Source of the DNA: Phallusia mammillata
Lineage: Eukaryota
Length of the DNA stretch: 64,000 nucleotides
Assembly (NCBI GenBank): GCA_965637545.1
Contig: OZ281498.1
Span: 12,338,001-12,402,000 of the forward strand
Direction of reading: 5' to 3'
The translations under genes were made by a program, and so were the position numbers. This document shows, piece after piece, positions 1 to 11,750 of this stretch (its first letter is position 1; each line of letters begins with the position of its first letter). The notes below the pieces were generated by a model. The model did not search any database. It worked only from the letters and a program-made list of their open reading frames with translations, and was not told where the DNA came from.

Positions 1-329
1 AAGTAAGAATCATAAAGTTTCAGCTGAATGGGACTGCCTGTTTCAAGCAATTAAAAAGTTTTGGGTGTAAATAACTCTTTGGCACCATCCAGTGACATTT
101 CAAAGACAAATAAGACATCCACCACATGCACTATAGATAGACAATTTCAGAAAGAATTCAAAATATGCTCTTTTTACATTTTATATTTATAAGCCAAGCA
201 AATTTGTAGTGCTAGGTGTGGACAGTATATACATCTATCAACAGGGGGCCCATAAACAACAGGCATTCATAAGTAACTACAATTCAGTATTTGACCTTTT
301 ACTTCCATCTGTGTTCCCAAGCCACTTAC

Positions 330-1777
330 CTTCAGAGTTTTGTCTTCACTTTGAGCCACCTTATGCAAATTTTTTGAACCTTCCACACTACATGTTGTGT
401 CTGCATCTCCATGCATTGCAAGGAAAGGAATTTTCAAGGTGGGCATAATTTCCTCTATTTTTTCCATAATGCGCAACAGTTGATATGCCATCTGACACTT
501 TACAACACTGTTTTTAAGGGGATCGGACAGTGATTTTTCTTTCTGCAATAAGTTTTTAAAAAATGTTGTTTTACAGACTATACATAAAACTAACATTTTG
601 AGACAAGGAATAAAGTTGACCAAAAAAGATGCTAAACAGTCCAATAAACATACAAAAGTGCATAGACAAGCTACAGGAAAGAAAAAAGAACTTAAGATGT
701 GTCCGTTTTTAGTAAAGGAATTACACACAGAAGTGTGTTCTTTGCTTTAACAAAAAAGATAAATGTATTACCTCCACTTCATCCCTAGTGCTTTTATTGT
801 CAGTTAAATTTGTAACTTGCAAATTTGGGACAATTGCAGATGCAAACTGAAGAAGAACTTTCTGTGAAATAAAAAACATTTAAATATATTAACATGAAAA
901 TAAAAAAATTACCCAAAAAAACTTTCAGAAATTAAATAAATCAGAGACATAAGTTTTTTAGATAAAGTCAGCAGTTTGACACAAGCATCTTGGTTGCAAA
1001 AAGTAATCCTCTTTCAAACCTTGATTGGAGATTGCAATGCTGGGTCTTTAACAAACATTCCACCAACAGTTATAATTCCTTTGAAAAGCTCAGGTTTATC
1101 ACATGCAGCAAGAACTGATAATGCACCACCCTAAAAAATGTGAAAAATTAGAATGGATTGTTGGCTTAACAGGTCTACTGTTTTTAACTGGGAACAAACC
1201 ATTGATTGCCCATAGATAAAAACAGGTACATCAGGATATTCTTTTTTCATTTTTTCTGTCAGTTGAATAAAATCTCTAATAATGACATTGTAGTCATGTG
1301 TTGTTGTGCGACTCCCCTCACTCTCACCATGGCCAACTAAAGATACAAACACAAATATACAATTGTTCCTATTAAACAGAATAAGTGTAATATTTACCGT
1401 GGTCATTTCCAAAAGCCAGCCCGCCTATTGAATTTACATGAGATGACAATTCATCAAATCTTACAACGTGTCCTCCAAATCCATGAACCACGCATAAGAG
1501 AAATCTGTAAATATCAAAGATGGTCATAAACGATTGAACTTCAAAAGGTCCTGTTTTAATTTTGGCTATGCTGAAACAGCATTTTAGGACTGACTCGACA
1601 GGATTTTCTGGTTTCCATGTCTTGTAGAAAAGATACTGACCATCATCATTTACGAAATGATCAACGTCTTTAAAAAGTTTTCCACTAAACGTCTTCCGGT
1701 TATTATCTGTAAATGTACACATGAGAATGTCAATGAGATCAGAACACAAAGAAAAAAAGGGGCATACCTGTTTCCAT
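330..1777 (-). CDS. MGLL: Monoglyceride lipase-like alpha/beta hydrolase, multi-exon; 3' end (catalytic His exon) not found, probably left of the window
   Basis: Exons 1768-1777 (METD), 1595-1706 (..YLFYKTWKPENPVE), 1398-1504 (FLLCVVHGFGGH..), 1200-1336 (VGHGESEG..VFIYGQSM), then GGALSVLAA.. giving the GQSMG nucleophile elbow, and a later exon IPFLAMHGDADTTC ending at a donor at 330. Junctions checked are GT-AG and in phase. Confidence 0.85.
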
Positions 1778-1783
1778 GTTTAA

Positions 1784-1800
1784 CTGAAATCAATTGCATT
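1784..1800 (-). promoter_or_regulatory. 3' splice acceptor (tttcag) 6 nt before the MGLL ATG; candidate SL trans-splice site
   Basis: Minus strand reads caattgatttcag|TTAAAC ATG GAA ACA G|gt. It lies ~125 nt downstream of the PIGW stop. Confidence 0.5.
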
Positions 1801-1908
1801 TAAATGTTATTTTTTGCATGTAAAATGTATAGCTACAAAAAATACAACTGTGTCACAAAATGAAAGAATTTACTATGTCTATAAAAAACTTCCAGGAAAA
1901 GTGAATGT

Positions 1909-3534
1909 TTACCAGAACTTTAATGTAATGCGCCTTAAATGCAGACACCATATTAGCCAAGACCCAAATAAACAATATGCAATTATGATTACTAGGGCCA
2001 TTTTTGTGTCAACCAAAAGTGTGTTTATCGTAAAGTTAACAGCTCCAGTTAACAAGTTGCACAGTAAAAAATAAAACAGCTGATTGCGATTAATAGCACT
2101 TAACAAACACAGTTTAGGTGGCACTGGTGTGTATATAATTTTAATGTCTTTTGCAGCATTTTTTCCAGACAACATGAGCCATCTGTTAGGCATACACTCT
2201 AATGGCAAAGATGTTGAATCAACAAGAAACACAAGCAATAAATCCACAAACAAGTACTGGAATAAAAACATAGCAGCATAGTACAGCATCCACAGTATAT
2301 AAGACAAATTTCCAATTCTACGAGAAACAGGCTGATTTAAACTGATGCTTAAATTTAGTGCAAGTCCTAAACTCATGGTTAGTGCAAACATTCCTACAGA
2401 TGCCTTTTTCCATTCCAAAAATGTATGCCTTGGCTTGAAGAGAAAGGCACCCATCTGAATACCTGCTAAGTACAAAGCTAGTGTCCCAATAGATGAAGCA
2501 ATTCCTTCCTTATTTTGTACAAGCAAGTTTCCATCGTATGCATTGCTTAATAAAAAATTGGTAAGGCTGGCAGAGTCACTGTTTAGGGCATACTGGTAGG
2601 CAGCAGCAATAAGGAATGAAACCAGACCACATAGCCTGATATTGATAAATGCCAAAACAAATGTGGACAGTATTCTCACCAGAGCAAGTGTAAAAAAGAA
2701 ATTCCAATGAACACCATACTCAGAAACATGTTCTTGGTATCCTGACATTTTTACAGAAACTAGTCTGATAATGCCTAACATGACCAGTGGCCAAGTCGAA
2801 ATGATTTGCAAGCAAACTGCTAAAAACCCAGAGTATACTGATTTTGATTTCTCCTGGCGCCTGTTGTTTCTTGCTTCTGGGGAAACCAAAGCATTTGCAA
2901 CAACAAAGCCACCGACTCCAAGATCCATAACACTGACTCCATAGGTTTCAACTTTTGCAAACCGCCTTGGAAATATGTCAAAATCAACTGCCAGGATACA
3001 AATGCATGAGGCAATGTTGACAAAAGCTCTAAATGTTGTAACAAATGGAAGATTTGATGGGACAAGAAAAATAGCATCTGGGTTTTTCATGTTTTCATTC
3101 AAGTTTGCATAATACTCCTCCATGTCAGAACTATTGACATTGCTGTCTGAACCAAATGGCTTTACTTTATCTTGGTAGAATGAAGGGGCAACATAGCAAG
3201 AATGCACAACACTTTCAGACTGCTTAACTAGTAACTTGCAAGTCAACCATAGGATGGATATTGCAAATACAATAATGGAAACAAGTATTTTTATCAGATA
3301 TTCAGAAAACACAGTCACTGACAACAACAATGGTAGAAACACAACAATAAAATCAATCAGATATCTAAACACCGAATTTTGTAGAACCATTTTTGGCATT
3401 ATACATATTACAGCAGCCCGCAACAATAAGCTGGCAGCAGATATTGTTGAAATCAAAATAACTTCTTCTGTTGATGTTCCATTCAAGTTGCTTACAAATT
3501 TCACTTTCTGCACAGTTAAGCTTTGTTCATCCAT
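1909..3534 (-). CDS. PIGW: GPI inositol acyltransferase PIG-W/GWT1, single coding exon, 541 aa
   Basis: Multi-TM ORF with KFVSNLNGTS, LAVDF..FPRRFAKVETYGVSVMDLGVG, EYGVHWNFFFTL and SRRIGNLSYILW. The start is placed at MDEQ (3534). An acceptor at 3583-3584 makes the ORF-track extension to 3654 intronic. Confidence 0.93.
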   Translation of the reverse strand: MDEQSLTVQKVKFVSNLNGTSTEEVILISTISAASLLLRAAVICIMPKMVLQNSVFRYLIDFIVVFLPLLLSVTVFSEYLIKILVSIIVFAISILWLTCKLLVKQSESVVHSCYVAPSFYQDKVKPFGSDSNVNSSDMEEYYANLNENMKNPDAIFLVPSNLPFVTTFRAFVNIASCICILAVDFDIFPRRFAKVETYGVSVMDLGVGGFVVANALVSPEARNNRRQEKSKSVYSGFLAVCLQIISTWPLVMLGIIRLVSVKMSGYQEHVSEYGVHWNFFFTLALVRILSTFVLAFINIRLCGLVSFLIAAAYQYALNSDSASLTNFLLSNAYDGNLLVQNKEGIASSIGTLALYLAGIQMGAFLFKPRHTFLEWKKASVGMFALTMSLGLALNLSISLNQPVSRRIGNLSYILWMLYYAAMFLFQYLFVDLLLVFLVDSTSLPLECMPNRWLMLSGKNAAKDIKIIYTPVPPKLCLLSAINRNQLFYFLLCNLLTGAVNFTINTLLVDTKMALVIIIAYCLFGSWLIWCLHLRRITLKFW

Positions 3535-6500
3535 GGCGAATGAATAATTTAGTACCCACTTGGTGAAAGTGAAACCTAAAATCTGTAAAAAATAAATATA
3601 GATGTATAAAATATGTTTTATTTTTACTTGTTTGTTACCAGTCTGCAGGGTCAAATTAATTGGTTCCGATGCTTATGCACCTTAGGCACTGATTCTTAAA
3701 CTGTACAGCATGAGCGTTGTCAGGTGTGCTGAAAACATTTATTATGCAAACTTTCACTGAGGTTGTAAGACTTAAATTGTGTACATTACAACGTTTAAAA
3801 TCTCATTTGCTTATAAAAGCATTTTTACCCAAATCGGGCAAAAGTTCTGCAAGGTTACGTATATTTTTGTGCGCTTACATGTGGAGATTACATTTTTCTG
3901 CATGTGTGTGTGCTCGTCTGTACCCCGGCCATGGCAGATAAATTAGACAGTGATATACAATACAACCAAGTACAACACTATACTTAAGTACACGGTATCG
4001 ATAGTATATTATAGTGGTACTCATACTCGGTCGGTACTAAATCTGGCATCGTACCATAGTATAGGACGATAGGTAATGACTCAAAAGTGGGTGAAACTTA
4101 ATGTAGTTTTTTCCTGTTGCAAAATTATAGAAGGCAACACACAGTATTAACTGATCACCACTAAAAACTTAACTTCAAAAGTTTCTTTGCTGACTCCCTT
4201 CTTAAGATGAGTGCAGGCAGCCCCTTTACTTTTGTAACGTTTTTTTTACCAATACAAAAACTGCTTAACTGTATACTGCTGCACTATTAAACATTTATAC
4301 CTGTCTTACTGATTTACTCTGCAAAAAATAATGTATTTGTAATATGTGGTGCTGCTGCTTTGAAATACTCTTGAGGTAAGGCTTTTACTTCTTCCACCAC
4401 AAAGTTTTTTTTTATAAAAAAATCATTTCAGTATTTGCATCAACTAGGATTAGAGGAATCAACTTTCATTTCTTAAAGAATATTAAATTTAGTGTTTTTA
4501 AAAGTTTACTTCTGTCTGGTAAGACCAATGATTTAAAGAAATGTAAACTTTTGTTTGGGCATATACCGCATACCGATACAAACAGAGATGTCCCCATTTA
4601 CTCACCGGGAAACATGATACTAAATATTTTAAATCAAAAACCATAACCATAAGGAATCATTTACAGTTTAGGGCCAAAGCACAACCGATCAAGTTAAATC
4701 AAATGCCCAGCTCAAATGTCATTTTCGCATGTTAGGGCATTTCCCCTCAGCTCACAAGTCGCAACAGAGACGACGGTTGCAGTGGTGGTGCGGATTTTTC
4801 GCTACGCGGCTCTTGAGTTTAGCAGTGTGGTTGGCGTCAACGCGGTCACAAATCATGCTACCGAAAAAAACTCGCACAATGTACCCGATTTTTTAAGAGT
4901 TTCTATCTCGAAAAGTCATTGATTTTACGAAAATAAGCAAACAGGCCTACATATATTTTTAGTTTTAACTATGCAGTGATGCACCGAAGTTTCGGTTGGC
5001 CAGGGTTACACAACCTGAGCCTGTACGGCCACATGCGGCTGCCAAAGTAACTTATACTCCTATAAAGTAAACGCGTTGATGGGGAGTAGGCTAATATTAC
5101 ATTAAAGATTGTTATTATACTATTTTCATCGTATAAGAGCATATCTAGAAAAATAAGTTAAAGAGCACTATTGTAGCGGCCTCTCTCACTACCGTTATCG
5201 TGTGCCTTCATACTACAGCGAACCGGACAGATTGCCTTCTTTCTCTGACTTTCGTCTTATGCGGCGTATTCGCTCATTGTGTTATTCTATTACGATGTAC
5301 CTCGAATAAACACCTCGCTACACTATCTAGAATGGGCTTTCGGTGTATGAATTTTCGCTTAAGGAGGCAACTTGTTACAAACGTACTTACAAATTCGATT
5401 CCTCATCAGTGGCGGATCCAAGGGGGGTCGAATTGGGCGACCATTGACTTCGTAGAGAAATAAGAAAATAAAACAAACCAATTTAAAACTAAACAAAATA
5501 CCACAATGTTTCTTAACTGAAGGCGAATATGTGGTTGTTTATTGTTTTAGGCCTTAGTCCCAATGGCAATGTGGTGACTGTTCAGATTCTTAAGTCCAAC
5601 GAGATGGTATGTTAAGTTCGAAGTTTATGTGTCACTTCGTACATAACAACGTGCTTAAAACCTGTTTTTTGGGGTGTTCGAGATATTCAAACAAACCAAA
5701 ATGCTTCGATTATGCGAATATATAAACGCAAATTGTTTAAAAATGTTTACGGTTAGGCCCATTGGGGTTGGAGTGAGGTACTATAATAATAATAACAATA
5801 AAAACAGCTTATAAACTGGGTTTAACGTTAAATTTAGTTCCGAATCCAGTCCCAGTCTCACTCTTTATTGAAATAACTGCGCTCTTTACGCCGCCTATCG
5901 GTATTTAGCAAGTTAGTCTGTTGTTACTTTTTTGTTTGTAGTTTTTTTTTTTTTTATCTATCCAGTACCTGAACGTACGTTGTCAAGATTATGACCAATT
6001 AAGGACAGTGGCAGAATAATTCATATTTTTCATGAATTATTAAAAAATCTCATATTTTTTATCCTTACTGGACATTGAGTAACCAATGAAGATAATTTAC
6101 CCAATCCGCATTCATTTATTCATTTAAAACCCCACGTTGTTTTGCCTCCTTATTCTTTGACAACTATGTGGTCAGCAACAAAGGCAAGCGCAAAAACAGA
6201 CAATCACAATGATTAGGCGTCCACACTCCACAGTGATTCATTGCGTACAATAAAGGACTTTCCCTGTATAGACTGGGGCGTTTGCAACACACAATGGAAT
6301 ACAACCTTTCTCAAATTTAGAGGAAGCGTCGATGTATGTTTGGATTGTTAACATTCGTATAGAGAGGTGGACTTCTCTATTCGGGCGATGACGGTGCCCG
6401 AAAACTAAACTCTCAAGCTTCACCTATCACGTTACGCTACATTGAGTACAGTTGCTAGACTGTTACCAGGCCAGTGGCTGCTTTAAAACAGCATGTGTTT

Positions 6501-6900
6501 CAAGTGTGTTTCGGGAACTAACTTGATGTGGAATCATGAGAGACAATTAAATACATGTACATCAGTGTAGTCCATAGCTAACTGCCTTGGAGCGATTCGC
6601 AGTTGTTAAGCGTTTTCGTTTACCAAGCAAATATTTGCTCAGACGAACATGAGGCAAGGGTATGCTGAAGCACAAGCCGCGTTCTTAAGGAAATATATAA
6701 GCACACTACTTGAATAGAAATGTGCCGTTGATCACATCGTTTCAACCGTACTTTTAAGTCTAAGACGAAAAGTTTTCTAGCCTTTTAACGAATAGGTTCT
6801 TTGTGCACAGACAGTGTCGTAATATGACGTGGTAGGCATTGAATTTCAACAGGCTTTTTAGTGTCGTAGTTGTTAAACTGTCTAGCTAAGCAAACACGCG

Positions 6901-7482
6901 ATGGGATGCTGTTGTGCAAAGGAAGGAGGTAGGTTATAAAACAATCGTTTTAGTGTTTATCCTGTACCTTTACTGTAACACTGTGTACATAGAAAACTGT
7001 ATCTGGTTAAAATAAATTTAATGTCAGTGAACACAAAAGGGGAACGTTTTGTATTTGTAACCAAAAGTACGTTTTCATATGCTCGTCTTTGTATGACTGA
7101 AGTGTGTCGATTATTTTTATAAGGGACGTCGCACAGTTGCTGTTTGTTCATGTGCTGCTGCCCTGGACCGGTCGGAGATAAGAATGGGGGTCCTAATCGG
7201 AGTAAAAGGCTTCCAGAGTCAGTGCCAACACATGATTTAACAGTTCACCAGCGCCCTAGAGCCAACCTTGACACTGCAATGACCACCACGACAGCATCCT
7301 TTATGAATTATGCGCAGCGCCATGAGCACCCAACGGATTTAGAACGCCAGCCAGCAAAACAAACCGAGCCGGATCCCTTACAATATGTTCGATTGGACGA
7401 TGCGAAGAACATAGGGCAAACCGGACATGAGGTTGTTAGGTACAGCATAACTGACCTACCTGAGCAGGCCACGAAGTTTTGA
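6901..7482 (+). CDS. Orphan 128-aa protein with N-terminal MGCCC dual-acylation motif (2 exons)
   Basis: Exon 6901-6928 (MGCCCAKEG, donor gtaggt, phase 1) joins acceptor ataag at 7124 in frame: GTSHSCCLFMCCCPGPVGDK..ATKF*. Confidence 0.6.
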
Positions 7483-8325
7483 TACCGACTGCCGCGAGTT
7501 TCTTGAAATCAAAAACAAGCTATGCAGTTATTTTCTCAGTATTATGTGAGTGAAGCTTGTTTCTGTTTGTAAAAGTTTGCAAGCACACCCAAGTAAAATC
7601 CCAAACCACATTATGTGCCAAACAAGTGTAAACATTGCACCATAAAAACGCACAACTGCCCTGACTTTAATCAGGCTTTCATTGTTACGATTCACTCATC
7701 AAGAGCGGAATACCGCTTCCATTTTTAATGCACTCTTTGTTGTTTATGACGCTTTATAGTTTTTAAGTACACAGTTGACGTTTTATCACAAGTTTGGTAA
7801 ACAAAATTTCCACAATAAAACAGAAATATCACAAAGTTTGTGTACGAACAAAGACTTTTTCCCCAATTACGGATAATAAAATGTAGTTTTTTGTGAACGC
7901 CAGAGAGAAAGCAAACCGAATATTTAGCGGTGACAGTATTGTAGCGAGCAGTGTTTTGCGCCTAATAGCGTTTTGGCATCTGTGCAGTAGTTGACAGCAG
8001 TGCTCGTTCATGCAAAAACAACAAGGTAAGCACAAGCTCAGTGTGCCGTGGTAAAAAAGCGTCATCCGTTCCGTGCCGTAACGTTCTCGTAGCTCTTGAT
8101 AGCAATTTGAATGCCTTAAGCTCGTAACAGAAGATTAAAACGTCTGTCGTTGTTTGTTTGTGTGTGTGTGCTTTAAAAGTATTTAGTTTATTTTAAACAG
8201 GCGGTATTGGTTAAACACCTAAAACGCTCAGTTATTTAATGCTTATATTTTAGAAAGCAAATACAATGGCTAACGACTTGTGTTTAAGTTACCTGAAGTA
8301 GTTAAATTCAGACAGGCGTAGAGCG

Positions 8326-9335
8326 ATGCATACGCTTAGTGACGCCGTTGATCGGATAACAAATGCTCGACAGTCACCCATGCGTAACGAGGTAAGGCAA
8401 GTCAGAGAACCCGGAGGCAATGAGGCAAGAAGCATTCCCAAGACCCTGAAAGCAAAATGCATTGGATGCGTAAAAAAACGGTCAAGTGCTTTTTGTTTGT
8501 CTTGCTGCTGCGGGATGTCTATTCTGTGTTGCGGAATGGTTTGCCTCGTTCTATTCTTTTTTTCAAGTGAATACGCACCTTTGCTGATGCCTGGCCTGGG
8601 ATTGTTCACAATGGGTTAGTTACACACATTTAAAACTCAGTGCAGCATAATTTTCGCCTGTCCTGCATACTTCACAAAACACTTTCTAACAGACACATGG
8701 CTGTCGTGAAACTACTGTCGTTTTTCTTTTTTCACCATGTAATGCCACGTGCTTGGTGTGACATTTACCTTGATAATGTCGACCTAAATTTGACGTCAAA
8801 ACGTGGGTGCGAAAAATACTTTTGTAAGAAAAGCTAAAAAAAATTATTATATGTCTGGCAACAACAGTTATTAACATACAAAAACAATTTAATGAAAAGG
8901 TAACCTTTATATGATTTAACTAACAAATTGTCTTTATTCTATTTCAAACCTTTACCGCATAATTATGTTTTCAAACCTTTACCGCATAATTATGTTTTCA
9001 AACCTTTACCGCAAATAATGTTTTCAGGCGTGATTGTGACCGCCGTAAGCGAATGGTATTGTAGATCGAAACACCAAGCCCATCACGTTTACGGCCGAAC
9101 AACCCGATGTGACCATCCTGAACATACGTCAGAAATCTGCTCCCCGGGTATGCCGGATCTTCCCCCCTCATATTCAACGCTCTATCAATCGCAACGGACA
9201 CTGCCTATTGCCGTTGCATACGATTTCAACAGCCAAAGGATTTTTGCTTCGTTTAGTTCTGCTTCTCGCTTACCAGACGGCACAGAACCAAATGATGACA
9301 GGTTGCCACCATATAGCGAAGTAGTTTCGAAGTAG
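8326..9335 (+). CDS. Two-TM Cys-rich protein with PPSY/LPPY tail (paralog A, 198 aa, 2 exons)
   Basis: Exon 8326-8614 + exon 9028-9335, with a phase-1 intron in a Gly codon of TM2 (LMPGLGLFTM-G-VIVTAV). Cys cluster FCLSCCCGMSILCC; tail DLPPSY and RLPPY. Confidence 0.7.
8942..9027 (+). repeat. 27-bp tandem repeat x3 ending in a splice acceptor
   Basis: tttcaaacctttaccgcataattatgt repeated; the third copy runs into ttttcag|G. Confidence 0.85.
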
Positions 9336-11750
9336 TTTACCGCCAAACTTAAATTTATTTACTATTAGGAATATGCTAGTGTTTTTTTTTTGCAAAGAAC
9401 GTGGTTAATCGTTTGTGGTATATGGTAGAGAGCATATGTGTTAAAACATCTTAATAGTTAAACACGCTATGGTGCATACGTCATCCCATATCTGTGAGGA
9501 TGCTTCTGCTTGTAATTAAACGGTGTTACATACATTCCAAAACCGTGCTTTAACCGAGCGTTAAATACAACTTTGTAGAAATACCGAATCTCAATTTGCC
9601 TGAATGTCACCAAGGGGCAAGAATAGTTGTCAGTTAAAACATGAAAAGTCGATAGTGAAGTATAAACTAACACAGTTTGTTTGTTAATGTATAATATGTA
9701 TATTCAATTGCTACTGTTCAATTCTTCTCTAGGGTATTCTTGATTTAACGATGCATTTTGTATATTATGCTAAAACGGCAAAACGATTGGTAGGCTAAAG
9801 TCAAACTTGTGTCGTAAACGTTGACTGACTCTTCTCTTTTAGGAATAGTTTTGAAATTAAAAACGTACGTCGGATGAAACACAAGTTAGGTCACAAGACA
9901 AATGCCCTTTCTCCTTATAACATACTATTAGCGAAAGCAAGGATATTATTTCAGAAAACATCAGCGTTTTGTATTGCTTGGTACATGAATTATTAAACTC
10001 AAATTTTGAACCAAAACATTTGTAGTTTAATCATGCATAAATAAGCCAAGCCAAGTCCATTGGAATGTTTTTGTCATGGCAATTAAACTCCATGTTGTTC
10101 TCTACTCTCGACATCTTCGTTCTAAATATAGGTAAGTTGACTAAGCGACCTCGCGGTGACGTTGGTAAAACCCGACTCCCCAAACAAGCGCAATGATATC
10201 AAAAAGTTCCAAAATCGTCCCAAAGTTTACCGACTGAAAGCTAGATAGCTAGTCCATAGTCCGTACAACATGTTTTGTCAAAATAAGTCTATGAAGTACG
10301 TAAATGATTAAACAGCAGTTAAAACGTGACAAAATGGGTTCTCAAATTATTACCTTTTCAGAACATATAACAATCAAAAGTTATAAGTTTCTAGTACAGT
10401 TTAAAACCGATGTTTGAATGCTGATAAATGACAATAATTTCTGACGAGCGATCCTAAAATGTGGCGTGAGGATCAGGTATGTGCCTGCGGGTCTAAAAAC
10501 AAATTCAGCCAAATAACTGATGGCTACATGTCGTTTGAAAGGCTGAAGCGGAATAGGCAGAATAAACGGTACGAATGGCGAGGCTTCGCACTATTGTAGT
10601 AAAGGATTACAAGTTATCCCACGCATTGTTACGTGTCATCGCCGCGATCAGTTACGTTTTGTTCTTGGGTTAAGCTGGTACAGCCGAAGAGATCACAAAT
10701 AAAGTGTATGGCATGTTATAGTATTTAAGTTACATCCTATAGCTGAAGTTTCAAAGTCAAATTAGAAAAATAAAAGTTGTTGATTTCAAATTAGTTTATG
10801 ATTTAAGTTAGAATAGAACAGTTGTTTACTTTACGCTTCATCATAGCAAAGCGTATACTATGTCTTTTAGAAAAGTTGGTCAAGGCAATGGCTATGTAGC
10901 TGATTCTGTAACAAAACTGTATCAAAAGCAATTTGAGTTTTGTCGATGATGTACAAGCAAATAAAACGTCAGCCTTGGTTGTGTTAGGTGGGGATACGTT
11001 TCATTCGGTCGGTGATAAACAACAGACCCCCGCCATTGAACAAATTTTATGAAGCACATTTGAACAATGAAAGCAAAGGTTTAGTGCCATGGCTTTGTGC
11101 GTCGCTGTTGTGTAAACGAAAGCGTAAAACCGCGTTGAAGGCGCAGTGTACTTTGCCTTATCCAAGAATCGGTAAAGTGCACTGTTAAAAATACGATCCT
11201 GTAGGTAACTTGCATTGTACAGGTAAAATGTACGTGTCAAGCGGAAGGTTGGCTTCCACTGTTCGGTGCGCTTGTGACAGGCAGAAACGTCAAGCTGTCA
11301 TTGCTGTATCGACCATACGCTGGGAGATCATTAGCTTGTCAGCACGCACAAATGCTAGCAGGAGATCATTTTAGTTAGCACGGGCTGGTGTGGACACCGC
11401 AGATGATAGACGGTCGTTTTCGTCAAGTGTTCGATGTACTACTTATGGGTCGGAGCGTGTGTTCCTGCATAATTAAACTAAACAATCGATTTGGGTCACT
11501 TCCTTTCGCGACACTGGCATGCTGCTTTCGACGACGACAAAGTTTCGCAGAAACTGCCAACGCACACAGCCGGCAGGCATTTTGTTAAAGGACAGACTGT
11601 GCTAACTGGTGGAGTAAAAGGTCGTGTGCATGATGTAACGAATGTGTTATTTGCAGAAAAGTCATGACGTGGCCTGTATGTAAATTCAACTTTTATTAAA
11701 GATAAGTTTTGAAAGCTCTGTTAACTGCCATAAACCACCAGGCCACAAAT

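Noticed and set aside
3535-3654. 40-aa N-terminal extension of the PIGW ORF
   Set aside because: It starts at a non-ATG codon, crosses a polypyrimidine tract and acceptor (3583-3584), and PIG-W similarity begins at MDEQ.
5551-5606. AG/GT-bounded 56-nt segment (GLSPNGNVVTVQILKSNEM)
   Set aside because: No partner coding exon found; it may be a 5' UTR exon or chance.
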